The notes under the pieces were generated by a model. That model saw only the letters and a list, made by a program, of their open reading frames with translations, was not told the origin of the DNA and made no database searches. The position numbers and the translations under genes were made by a program. From NCBI GenBank assembly GCA_964396845.1, contig CAYNGH010000004.1, positions 1 through 59,948 on the forward strand: DNA of 59,948 nt, read 5' to 3'. Below, in pieces: positions 36,209 to 44,558 of the stretch. Source of the DNA: an uncultured bacterium (lineage in GTDB: Bacteria; Vulcanimicrobiota; JAJTBE01; CAYNGH01). How positions within the stretch are numbered: the first letter of the stretch is position 1; the number at the start of each line of letters is the position of its first letter.

Positions 36209-36673
36209 ATGGTAGAATCCCGTTTACCGCCAACTTTTCAAGAGCAGGATCTCAATTATTACCTGCGGATGATCCGGGGAGATTATTCCACCATGGAAGA
36301 GGTGGCCCCCAGGTCCATGGTTGGGCCGTCCCAGGTAAAAAACCTTGTGCTGGTGTTTACCTCCGATGCCATCGGCGTCGGCAATGAACTGTTGGGCAAA
36401 AAACTGATGCTTCATCTTCTGCAGTCGGTGGTTAACGGCAGTCACAAGCCCAGGGCCATTATCCTTTTAAACGGCGCTGTTCGCATGGCCAGCGGAAGAA
36501 ACGACACCATCGGCAGGCTGACAGTTCTCGAAGAGCAGGGTTCAAAGATTATGGTATGCGTATCCTCTGCGGAGGAATACGGCATTATTGATAACATCAA
36601 CGTGGGGTTCGTGGCCAGTATGGATGAGATTGTAGAATCTCTCATGACTGCCCTGAAGGTTATCACCCTTTGA
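36209..36673 (+). CDS. DsrE-fold protein resembling the C-terminal domain of YedF-type selenium/sulfur-relay proteins
   Basis: LVLVFTSDAIGVGNELLGKKLM...PRAIILLNGAVRM...LEEQGSKIMVC...MDEIVESLMTALKVITL. I see no TusA-like CPxP N-domain. The ATG lies 1 nt after the upstream TGA. Confidence 0.55.
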   Translation: MVESRLPPTFQEQDLNYYLRMIRGDYSTMEEVAPRSMVGPSQVKNLVLVFTSDAIGVGNELLGKKLMLHLLQSVVNGSHKPRAIILLNGAVRMASGRNDTIGRLTVLEEQGSKIMVCVSSAEEYGIIDNINVGFVASMDEIVESLMTALKVITL

Positions 36674-36707
36674 GGGGCTAAAATCCTTCCCCCTGTCAGA
36701 GGTTCCA

Positions 36708-37439
36708 TTGAACAAATCCAACCCCGGCCAGCTGACCCTCTCGGTGGTGATTCCCACCTATAACGAGAGGGAAGGCATAGAGGTCACTATTGAAAAAATA
36801 TCAAACACCTTGAAGAACAACGGCATTTCCGGTGAAATTATCGTGGTGGATGATGATTCTCCCGACAGGACCTGGGAATTCTGCCAGTCCATAGAGGAGA
36901 GCTATCCCCTGCAGGTAATCCGCCGGGTGGGAAGACGGGGCCTGTCCTCGGCGGTAATCGAGGGCTGGGAAGTTGCCGGGGGAAGGATCCTGGGGGTTAT
37001 GGACGCCGACGGAAGCCATGATGAAAGGGCATTGCCCGGCATGATCCAGGCCATTGAAAAGGACGAAATCCAGCTGGCCGTTGGGAGCCGTTATGTCCCT
37101 GGGGGAGAAACTCCCGGCTGGCCCTGGATCCGGCAGTTTATATCCCGTTCTGCCATATCCCTGGCCATGCCGGTATCAAGCCTCAGGGATGCCACATCGG
37201 GGTTCTGTCTTTTCCGCCGGGATGTAATCGAAGGAGTACACCTGGATCCCGTGGGATGGAAGATAGTGCTGGAAGTTTTCGTCAAGGGTAATTACCGGCA
37301 TTACCGGGAGTTTCCCATAACCTTCCGGGACAGGGAAGCCGGCCAGAGCAAGCTGGGAAACCGTGCAATAATTAATTACCTTCAGCATCTTATCAAGCTG
37401 TGGCGCTGGATGCGTCATCACAAGAAGCCCCGCCGGTGA
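36708..37439 (+). CDS. GT2 polyprenol-phosphate mannose synthase (Ppm1/DPM1-like)
   Basis: LSVVIPTYNERE...IIVVDDDSPDRT...VMDADGSHD...GSRY..GG, plus the C-terminal FRDREAGQSKL motif typical of Dpm1/Ppm1-type GT2 enzymes. Confidence 0.85.
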   Translation: MNKSNPGQLTLSVVIPTYNEREGIEVTIEKISNTLKNNGISGEIIVVDDDSPDRTWEFCQSIEESYPLQVIRRVGRRGLSSAVIEGWEVAGGRILGVMDADGSHDERALPGMIQAIEKDEIQLAVGSRYVPGGETPGWPWIRQFISRSAISLAMPVSSLRDATSGFCLFRRDVIEGVHLDPVGWKIVLEVFVKGNYRHYREFPITFRDREAGQSKLGNRAIINYLQHLIKLWRWMRHHKKPRR

Positions 37440-37480
37440 ATATCGGCGATGGGAAATTTTTCCGGGGAGTTGAAACACCC

Positions 37481-40342
37481 ATGAACAGCAGAATATTTAG
37501 AAAATTATTCAGCCTTCTTCTCTTTGCAGTATTGGCAATAATTCTCACCATGGACATGGCCGGGGCAAAAGAGTATCCCATAACCCGCTACAAGCTGAAA
37601 AACGGCCTTACTGTTATCCTCCAGCCGATACCTGAATCACCGGTGGTATCGGTGGTGATGCTCTACAAAGTAGGCTCCCGTTATGAAAAACCAGGAATCA
37701 CCGGCATCAGCTACATCCTGGAGCATATCCTCCACAAGAAAACAAAGCAATACCCCAAGGGTCATATGGCTGCGGTATTAAACCGTGTCGGGGCGGATTT
37801 TAATTCCTTCACATCCAGTGATGTGACGGGTTTTTACCAGACCCTGGCTCCCGAGTATCTGGATTTAGCGCTTCATATCGAAGCAGACCGCATGAAAAAC
37901 GGCGTGGTGGATGACGCCAGCCTTGACGTGGAAAAAAAGGTGGCCCTCTCCGAGGCGTCAGCATATCGTAACCGTCCCTCATACCGGCTTTGGAAACAAG
38001 TGCGGGCGGCGTCTTTTGTGCATCATCCCTACATGTGGCCGGTTCAGGGATATGAAAAGGACATCGAAAACCTCAACACTGCCCAGGTACGCTGGTATTA
38101 CAACAACTATTATCGTCCCTCCAACGCCATTCTTTCAGTGGCGGGCAATTTTGAAGCAAGCCATGCCCGAACCCTCATCGGCAAGTTTTTTGACGGAATG
38201 GAAAACCCCGGCACAACCCTTGATTCCATGGATGTGACAGAACCGGAATCCATAGCCGGGAAATTCCTGACCATCGATGGAATGGGCGGGACCCCTTATT
38301 ACCAGGTGGCATATCACTCTCCCGCCATCAGCAACAACGATCTTTACGCTATGGCAGTCATTGATGCCCTCCTGGTGGGGGGGCGCACATCCCGGCTGAA
38401 AAAGGCGCTGATCCAGCCCGGCCACACATCCACTGCGGAAGCCTGGCTTGATACCAATGTGGATCCCGGACTTTATCATATGCGCTTTCGTCTGGGACGC
38501 AACACCTCTCACGAGGAAGTAGGCAGGATAGTCAATGACGAGATTCACCGCCTGCGGACAGAAACCGTGGATGCCATGGAGCTTCAGCGGGCCAAGAACC
38601 GTCTGAAGGCCGACTTCATCAAGGCCAAGGACAGCATCACCTTTCAGGCCCAGTACCTTGCCTGGTATGAGGGGATTCACTCCTATCAATACCTGCTGGA
38701 TTATCCCGGCAACATTGAACGGGTGACATCAGGAGATGTGATCCGGGTTGCCAATAGATATTTTCTCCCCAAAAACCGCACTCAGGGCATAATAATCCCC
38801 CGGACCACCCTTTCTGCCCCTGATGATTACGATGATCCCCCCCTGGAGGATCCAGCCGGAGGAGATACCGGATGGGATTGCATCCCCGGTGACGGGACAG
38901 CTTATATTCCAGCTCCGGATATTTCCGCCATCGGCGGTACCGTGGGGGAGATCCTGCAGGTGGCCAGCGGAGGGAGATATTTTCTGAAAAAGGACGACCC
39001 ACAGCCTCCTCAACAGAAACCCCAGGCCCAGCCAAAGCCCCAGGCCCAGCCAAAGCCTCAGGCCCAGGGCCGGCAGTATTCCCCCCCCATTCCCGAGCCG
39101 AAGCCCTTCAATCTGGAATTCCAGAGGCATGTTCTCCCCAACGGTCTTGTGCTGTTGATCCACGAAAACCCTGTGAACCCGTCGGTGGCCATAAAAGGTT
39201 ATGTGAAGGCAGGCGGGATGTATGAGCCGGAAGACCTGGCGGGCCTGTCCAAGATGACCGCATATCTCCTGCAGAGAGGAACCGGCGACTTGTCCCATCA
39301 GTTGGATGATATGGGCGTTGAATTAAAATTCACATCCACCCTGCAGAACTGCGAGTTTGATCTGTGGACCCTGTCGGAATACCTGGATCAGGCAGTCCCC
39401 CTGATGGCTCAGGTTCTCTTGAAGCCCGACTTCACCCCGGAAGAGCTGAATCGCCTCAGGGGAGTGATGAAATCCAACCTGCAGTCCATCAGTCGCAGGC
39501 CCGATATAATATCCACCAGGGATTTCTTCTCATCGGTATTTCCCCAGGGCCATCCCTTTCATCATTTTCGATGGGGAACCCCGCGAACCATTGATGCCAT
39601 AACCATCGATAATATCCGGGATTTTCACCGCCGTCACTTCCGGCCTGATTCCACCATCATCGCCATCTCCGGCAATGTAGAAGCCAGCCGGGTGATTGAG
39701 CTGTTTGAGAAGGCCTTTTCCAGCTGGGAAGCTGACGGGGATCAGCCCCAGGTTGTCCTGCCCGCGGCGAAACTTCCCCCCAGCACCACCCGGCAGATCA
39801 ACACCATGATGGATACTCCCCGGGTTGAAATTGTGATGGGTCATCTGGGCATTCCCAGGAATCATCCCGATTACTACCGGTTTACCCTGATGAATTACAT
39901 CTTTGGCGGAGGCTCTCTGATAACCCGCCTCGGCCACAGCATCCGGGATCGGGGTCTGGCCTACAAGGCTCACAGCCGTCTGGACACTTCCATCGGTCAT
40001 GGGCCATGGGCGGTGATGTTGACAGTTGACCGGCACAAGGTGGATCAGGCCATCAGCGGTGTCATGAGCCAGCTGGATTACATGCTCAAAAAACCCCCCA
40101 GCCCCAACGAACTGCGGGATGCCCGTTTCTCCCTGACAGCAAGGCTTCCGGTCCACCTGTCCACCAACCGGAACGTGGCCCAGATGCTCCTGACCATCGA
40201 GTATTACCGCCTGGGCAAGGATTACCTGTCCAATTACCACAAGATCCTGAAGGAAATAACCGGCGAAGAGATACTGGCCACTGCCAGGAAATATCTCCAC
40301 CCCGACAAGATGAACATCATAATATCAGGGCCTTTTAAATAA
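37481..40342 (+). CDS. Secreted fused double M16 (pitrilysin-family) peptidase homolog with a degenerate zinc motif
   Basis: Signal peptide MNSRIFRKLFSLLLFAVLAIILTMDMAGA. There are two M16 N+C domain pairs. The first has YILEH where HxxEH is expected. The second has no HxxEH (GLSKMTAYLLQRGTG). The halves are joined by a Pro/Gln-rich linker. Confidence 0.8.
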   Translation: MNSRIFRKLFSLLLFAVLAIILTMDMAGAKEYPITRYKLKNGLTVILQPIPESPVVSVVMLYKVGSRYEKPGITGISYILEHILHKKTKQYPKGHMAAVLNRVGADFNSFTSSDVTGFYQTLAPEYLDLALHIEADRMKNGVVDDASLDVEKKVALSEASAYRNRPSYRLWKQVRAASFVHHPYMWPVQGYEKDIENLNTAQVRWYYNNYYRPSNAILSVAGNFEASHARTLIGKFFDGMENPGTTLDSMDVTEPESIAGKFLTIDGMGGTPYYQVAYHSPAISNNDLYAMAVIDALLVGGRTSRLKKALIQPGHTSTAEAWLDTNVDPGLYHMRFRLGRNTSHEEVGRIVNDEIHRLRTETVDAMELQRAKNRLKADFIKAKDSITFQAQYLAWYEGIHSYQYLLDYPGNIERVTSGDVIRVANRYFLPKNRTQGIIIPRTTLSAPDDYDDPPLEDPAGGDTGWDCIPGDGTAYIPAPDISAIGGTVGEILQVASGGRYFLKKDDPQPPQQKPQAQPKPQAQPKPQAQGRQYSPPIPEPKPFNLEFQRHVLPNGLVLLIHENPVNPSVAIKGYVKAGGMYEPEDLAGLSKMTAYLLQRGTGDLSHQLDDMGVELKFTSTLQNCEFDLWTLSEYLDQAVPLMAQVLLKPDFTPEELNRLRGVMKSNLQSISRRPDIISTRDFFSSVFPQGHPFHHFRWGTPRTIDAITIDNIRDFHRRHFRPDSTIIAISGNVEASRVIELFEKAFSSWEADGDQPQVVLPAAKLPPSTTRQINTMMDTPRVEIVMGHLGIPRNHPDYYRFTLMNYIFGGGSLITRLGHSIRDRGLAYKAHSRLDTSIGHGPWAVMLTVDRHKVDQAISGVMSQLDYMLKKPPSPNELRDARFSLTARLPVHLSTNRNVAQMLLTIEYYRLGKDYLSNYHKILKEITGEEILATARKYLHPDKMNIIISGPFK
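39021..39067 (+). repeat. Perfect 18-bp tandem duplication (2 full units and 1 partial) inside the M16 linker
   Basis: CCCAGGCCCAGCCAAAGC occurs at 39021..39038 and 39039..39056, followed by a partial third unit. It encodes (PQAQPK)n in frame. Confidence 0.9.
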
Positions 40343-40486
40343 TCGAAGACAAGAAAGGAATCCACCAGCAACTGACCGAAACATCATCCCAGAAAATACC
40401 GGCAAAAACCTCCGGTGGCATTGTAGTTTCCCGGCTTTCCCCGGCCATACCAGTTAAGGTCAAACCCGGGAATCTTGTGAGGCTCC

Positions 40487-43183
40487 ATGAAACTTCAGTC
40501 CCTCCAAAAAACCTTCACAAATATATCGTCAAAATATTTTCATCGGTCAGTTCTGATTCTGCTGTCGGTTGTGGCCATACTGACCCATGTCTTCTGGATG
40601 AGCCTCAACAACACTCATACTTTCGGTTTCTGGTTTGGTGACGGCTATGTTCATTACACAAATACCCTGAAACACCTGAATTCTGCCAGAGCTTTCAATT
40701 TTGGGGAATTTCTCCTGCCCAGCGAAAAAATCTACGATCTTTATCCGACATTGATTTACCAGCTAAACGGTCTGATGATGCTGATATTCGGCCAGAGCCT
40801 CACAACCGGGGTTATGGCCAATTCCCTCTTTATGGTTCTGCTCATAATATCGGTCTATCTGGTGGGCCGGGAGCTGTGGGACAAAAACACGGGGCTTCTT
40901 TCAGCCACAGTGGCGGTATCCATTCCAATCGTCCAGGATAATGTCCGGGAATACCAGTTAGATGTTCAGTTAGCTTCCCTGGTGGCTCTGGGATGTTATC
41001 TCCTTATCAAATCTAAAAATTTCACTAACCGCAAATATACCATTTCATTCTTTGCGGTCATGGCTTTCAGCTCTCTGGTAAAATGGACCGCATGGTTTTA
41101 TGTGATGGGGCTTTTTATCATATCCCTTTGGATTATGCTGTCCCAAAAGAATAAGGCTTTGAAAAAACAGTTTGCTGTCATGGGGGTTTTTCTTGGAATA
41201 TCTCTGATCATCCCCCTTGCAGGCAGGTATCATGCCTTTTCAACAGGGCAACTGGGATATGGTTTTTTTGAATATTTCACAGGGATATTTCTGCCGGCAG
41301 TTTTCCTGCTTTTTATTCGTCTTGACAAAAGAATCCATGAGCAATTCCGGGATTTTTTCACCGGGGCATCATTGTTTGTTCTTTTATGCGGGCATTTTTA
41401 TTATCTTAAGTTCTGGGATTTATATTATCATCATTCCCATATGGCCCTCTTCGGAGCCCGGCGTGAAATCGACGGGATATACTACGCCTGGGTGTTTTTC
41501 AATAGATTCCTGCAGAATAACTGGCTGATTTTCCTGGTGGCAGGGTTGATCATATACATTTGCACTCAGAACAAGAGCAGAGAGAGAACCCTCTTTATCG
41601 CCGGGAGCCTGTTTCCATTGTTGATGTTTATTTTTTACCCCTCCAGGGATGCAAGATACCTCATCCCCATGATTGTCTTTTATGCTCCCCTGATGACTTT
41701 CTGGATATGGGATTTGAAGAACAGGGCTGTAAGATATGCAACCTTTGCACTGCTGATGATTCAGGTTCTTGTATCCCTGCTGGGCTGGGCCATGCCGAGG
41801 AACAGCAGAATAGCCCCACTGATCCGACAGACATACAAAGCAATAAATGCAGCTACCTTTTCCGGAAAAATCCCCACAGTTCTGTCATCTTCACAATTGG
41901 AAGACCTGAACTATTTGGTGGATAAGATAGAAAGTCACTCCAGGGACAGCAATCATCTGACGGTGATATACTACACCCAGCCATATATCAAAACCATTGA
42001 GAATCGGCACAACTTCGGGACAGTGGACATCTTCTTCCGGCTTCTTGATGAAAAGGGCCAAATCCCGAGGAATATTTCCAACGAGATGGGGCTTTATAAG
42101 AATGACATCTTCTATGTGAACGGCCTCAGCCTCAACAGTGCTGATTATTCCTACTGGCCCGCACCGGAAGAGCCACAATACAGCCAGCTCACCAGCATCC
42201 TGGCGGATAAATACCGCCGGCTTTATATATTCGGAGAAGACGGGTTCTTTGCTGTGGTTGACAGTGACAGGCTTGAGGGATATCATCAGGAAACCCCCTG
42301 TGAAACAAAAAGCACATGGATCTCACCATCGGGAGTCCTCCATGCCCTTTTCGAAGACAATGGAATTTTTACATATGAACAGAATCGATGGATGGAATTT
42401 TGCCGGGGAAAACCCAGTTTCAATAAAATAATCGCTTTTTCCAATCATGAGCTTATCGCAGTGGGAAGCCATGGGGAAGTATCCTGTCATAAAGAGGGCC
42501 GTTGGATACCGATGGGGCCGGAAGCCAGAGCAAACTTCAACGCCATATGGGGCACCGGCAGTGAAAGTTTTTACGTGGCAGGAAGCGAAGGCATAATTTA
42601 TCATTATCACCAGGGGAGATGGAATAAAATCCCCAGCCCTCATAAAGAAGAAATACTCTGCATATTCGGCTTTCAGGATCAGAGAAGCCCGGTGTATTTC
42701 GCCGGCACAAAGGGGCTTATCCTGGAGCTTTCCAACGGCACATTAAAAAGGATCTATTCTGGAGTTGGCTTTGAGATTGAATCCATCTGGGGAGGTTCTC
42801 CCGATGATATTTACTTTTCCGGCGACAGCAGTGATATTCTTCACCTGAAAAAGGGCAAGATCCGCATAATATCCCCGGACACCCCCGACAAGCATCAATG
42901 GGAATCCCTGACCGGCAATGATGACGGAGTATTCGCCGCAGGAAGCAACAACACCATTTTGCACATAAGGGACGGCAATATTCAAAGAATTCACTCTTTG
43001 AGATCCCTGCCCCTGTATCGTTCCATCCTTGCCATTCGACTGTGCCTGCCGGGAGAGCCCCTCAGGGAGAATATGCCCTTCAGAAACCAGATCAAAAAGT
43101 TTTATCCATACAGGGGGGAGTTCTATACCATCGAGGAGTTGCCGGGAACCGGGAATCATGTGGAAATTTTTGAATACCAGTGA
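40487..43183 (+). CDS. GT-C-type (ArnT/PMT_2-like) polytopic membrane glycosyltransferase fused to a C-terminal beta-propeller
   Basis: The N-terminal ~450 aa contain about 11-13 TM helices with an ArnT/PMT_2-like layout. The C-terminal ~300 aa contain at least 5 blades of about 40 aa: FNAIWGTGSESFYVAGSEGIIYHYHQGRWNKI, IESIWGGSPDDIYFSGDSSDILHLKKGKI, GVFAAGSNNTILHIRDGNI. GC is visibly lower than in the neighbouring genes. Confidence 0.65.
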   Translation: MKLQSLQKTFTNISSKYFHRSVLILLSVVAILTHVFWMSLNNTHTFGFWFGDGYVHYTNTLKHLNSARAFNFGEFLLPSEKIYDLYPTLIYQLNGLMMLIFGQSLTTGVMANSLFMVLLIISVYLVGRELWDKNTGLLSATVAVSIPIVQDNVREYQLDVQLASLVALGCYLLIKSKNFTNRKYTISFFAVMAFSSLVKWTAWFYVMGLFIISLWIMLSQKNKALKKQFAVMGVFLGISLIIPLAGRYHAFSTGQLGYGFFEYFTGIFLPAVFLLFIRLDKRIHEQFRDFFTGASLFVLLCGHFYYLKFWDLYYHHSHMALFGARREIDGIYYAWVFFNRFLQNNWLIFLVAGLIIYICTQNKSRERTLFIAGSLFPLLMFIFYPSRDARYLIPMIVFYAPLMTFWIWDLKNRAVRYATFALLMIQVLVSLLGWAMPRNSRIAPLIRQTYKAINAATFSGKIPTVLSSSQLEDLNYLVDKIESHSRDSNHLTVIYYTQPYIKTIENRHNFGTVDIFFRLLDEKGQIPRNISNEMGLYKNDIFYVNGLSLNSADYSYWPAPEEPQYSQLTSILADKYRRLYIFGEDGFFAVVDSDRLEGYHQETPCETKSTWISPSGVLHALFEDNGIFTYEQNRWMEFCRGKPSFNKIIAFSNHELIAVGSHGEVSCHKEGRWIPMGPEARANFNAIWGTGSESFYVAGSEGIIYHYHQGRWNKIPSPHKEEILCIFGFQDQRSPVYFAGTKGLILELSNGTLKRIYSGVGFEIESIWGGSPDDIYFSGDSSDILHLKKGKIRIISPDTPDKHQWESLTGNDDGVFAAGSNNTILHIRDGNIQRIHSLRSLPLYRSILAIRLCLPGEPLRENMPFRNQIKKFYPYRGEFYTIEELPGTGNHVEIFEYQ

Positions 43184-43400
43184 CATTGCGGATCATCTGG
43201 AATCCGCCTGCCCACAGGGAGATTCCGGGCTTTACCGGTGTTCCGGCAACTTCGGGAAGCCTTGTTTCATCAATATGCCGGCTGTCAGGACATAATGTTT
43301 ATTGGCAATGAAGGAAAGATGGCAGGTAATAAGAAGTTTTTAATGAGATAATATCCGCCGGGGGAGAATCCAGACCCCCTCCGGGAAAGATGGTGTTCAA

Positions 43401-44549
43401 GTGAGCAGTAAACGTTTCAACCTTTCGCAAATTGCCCGTCGCATTACCAGGGAAAGCCTGATGGTGCGCAACCGTGAACTGATATGGATAGTCTGCGGCA
43501 AGCACAACATTCCCTTTGCCGAGGATGTGGCCACAGAAGTCGCCCTGCAGGGAGGCTATCCCATCATCGAGGTATCTTCACCTCATGTAAGCCGGGAGGT
43601 TTATCTCAAAGCTGATCCCGAGTATCTTCAGAGGCCCCGCCGATCCATTGCCCGGATGAAAAGAATGGTGGACGGCCTGGTATGGATCAACCCCGAGGAA
43701 GACCCCACCTTCATGAGGGATGTCCCCATGGAACGGCTCAATATGGTGCGTCGATCCTGCGAGGAGGAATATAAGGTTTTTGAGGAGATGCAGTTGAAAC
43801 AGGTGCTGGTGGAATACCCCACTCCCCAGCAGGCAAAGACCCTGAAAATCGATTTTGATGAATTCTTCGAGATGGTCTGGGGGGGCATCGAGGTTGATCC
43901 CGACTATCTTTACGGTGTATGCAAGCAGATTGAAAAACCCTTTGAGAATAACAGCACCCTCCGCATAACATCTCCCAAGGGAACTGACATAACATTGTCA
44001 TACCAGGGGAGATGCCTTCTTCAGGATACCGGCAAGACCACCGATGAATCTTATCTGGTGGGTGATCCCCTGATAAATCTGCCTGCAGGGGAAGTGTTTC
44101 TGGCTCCTCTGGAAGATTCAGCTTCCGGCACGGCAGTTTTTGATGATGTATGGATTTCCGGCCGTCAGGTTCGGGATCTTGCCCTGAAGTTTGACCGGGG
44201 GAAGGTTGTGGAGTTTTCTGCCCGGGAGGGGGAAAAACATTTCCGGGATTATTATGAAAATCTCACCTTGCCGGGCCGGATTATTGCCGAATTCGGCATC
44301 GGTTTGAACCCTTTCATCAAGAAGGTCATAGGTCACCTGGCCACCGATGAGAAGGTTATCGGCACTATCCACCTTGCCATCGGAAACAACAGCCACTTCG
44401 GCGGGCGCAATTCTGCAGAAAATCATGATGACTATGTAATCCAGAACCCCACGGTATCAGTCGGGGAGTTTCCCATCATCCAGGATGGCAGGTTTGCCCC
44501 GGAATTGGAAATATTCAAAGATCCCGTTCTTCGTCCCTGTTACAAGTAG
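43401..44549 (+). CDS. M29-family aminopeptidase (AmpS/PepS-like)
   Basis: The C-terminal motif block EFGIGLNP...DEKVIGTIHLAIGNN...GGRNSAENHDD is typical of M29. The start is a GTG. The gene ends in TAG at 44547..44549. Confidence 0.8.
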   Translation: MSSKRFNLSQIARRITRESLMVRNRELIWIVCGKHNIPFAEDVATEVALQGGYPIIEVSSPHVSREVYLKADPEYLQRPRRSIARMKRMVDGLVWINPEEDPTFMRDVPMERLNMVRRSCEEEYKVFEEMQLKQVLVEYPTPQQAKTLKIDFDEFFEMVWGGIEVDPDYLYGVCKQIEKPFENNSTLRITSPKGTDITLSYQGRCLLQDTGKTTDESYLVGDPLINLPAGEVFLAPLEDSASGTAVFDDVWISGRQVRDLALKFDRGKVVEFSAREGEKHFRDYYENLTLPGRIIAEFGIGLNPFIKKVIGHLATDEKVIGTIHLAIGNNSHFGGRNSAENHDDYVIQNPTVSVGEFPIIQDGRFAPELEIFKDPVLRPCYK

Positions 44550-44558
44550 GAGGTTTCC

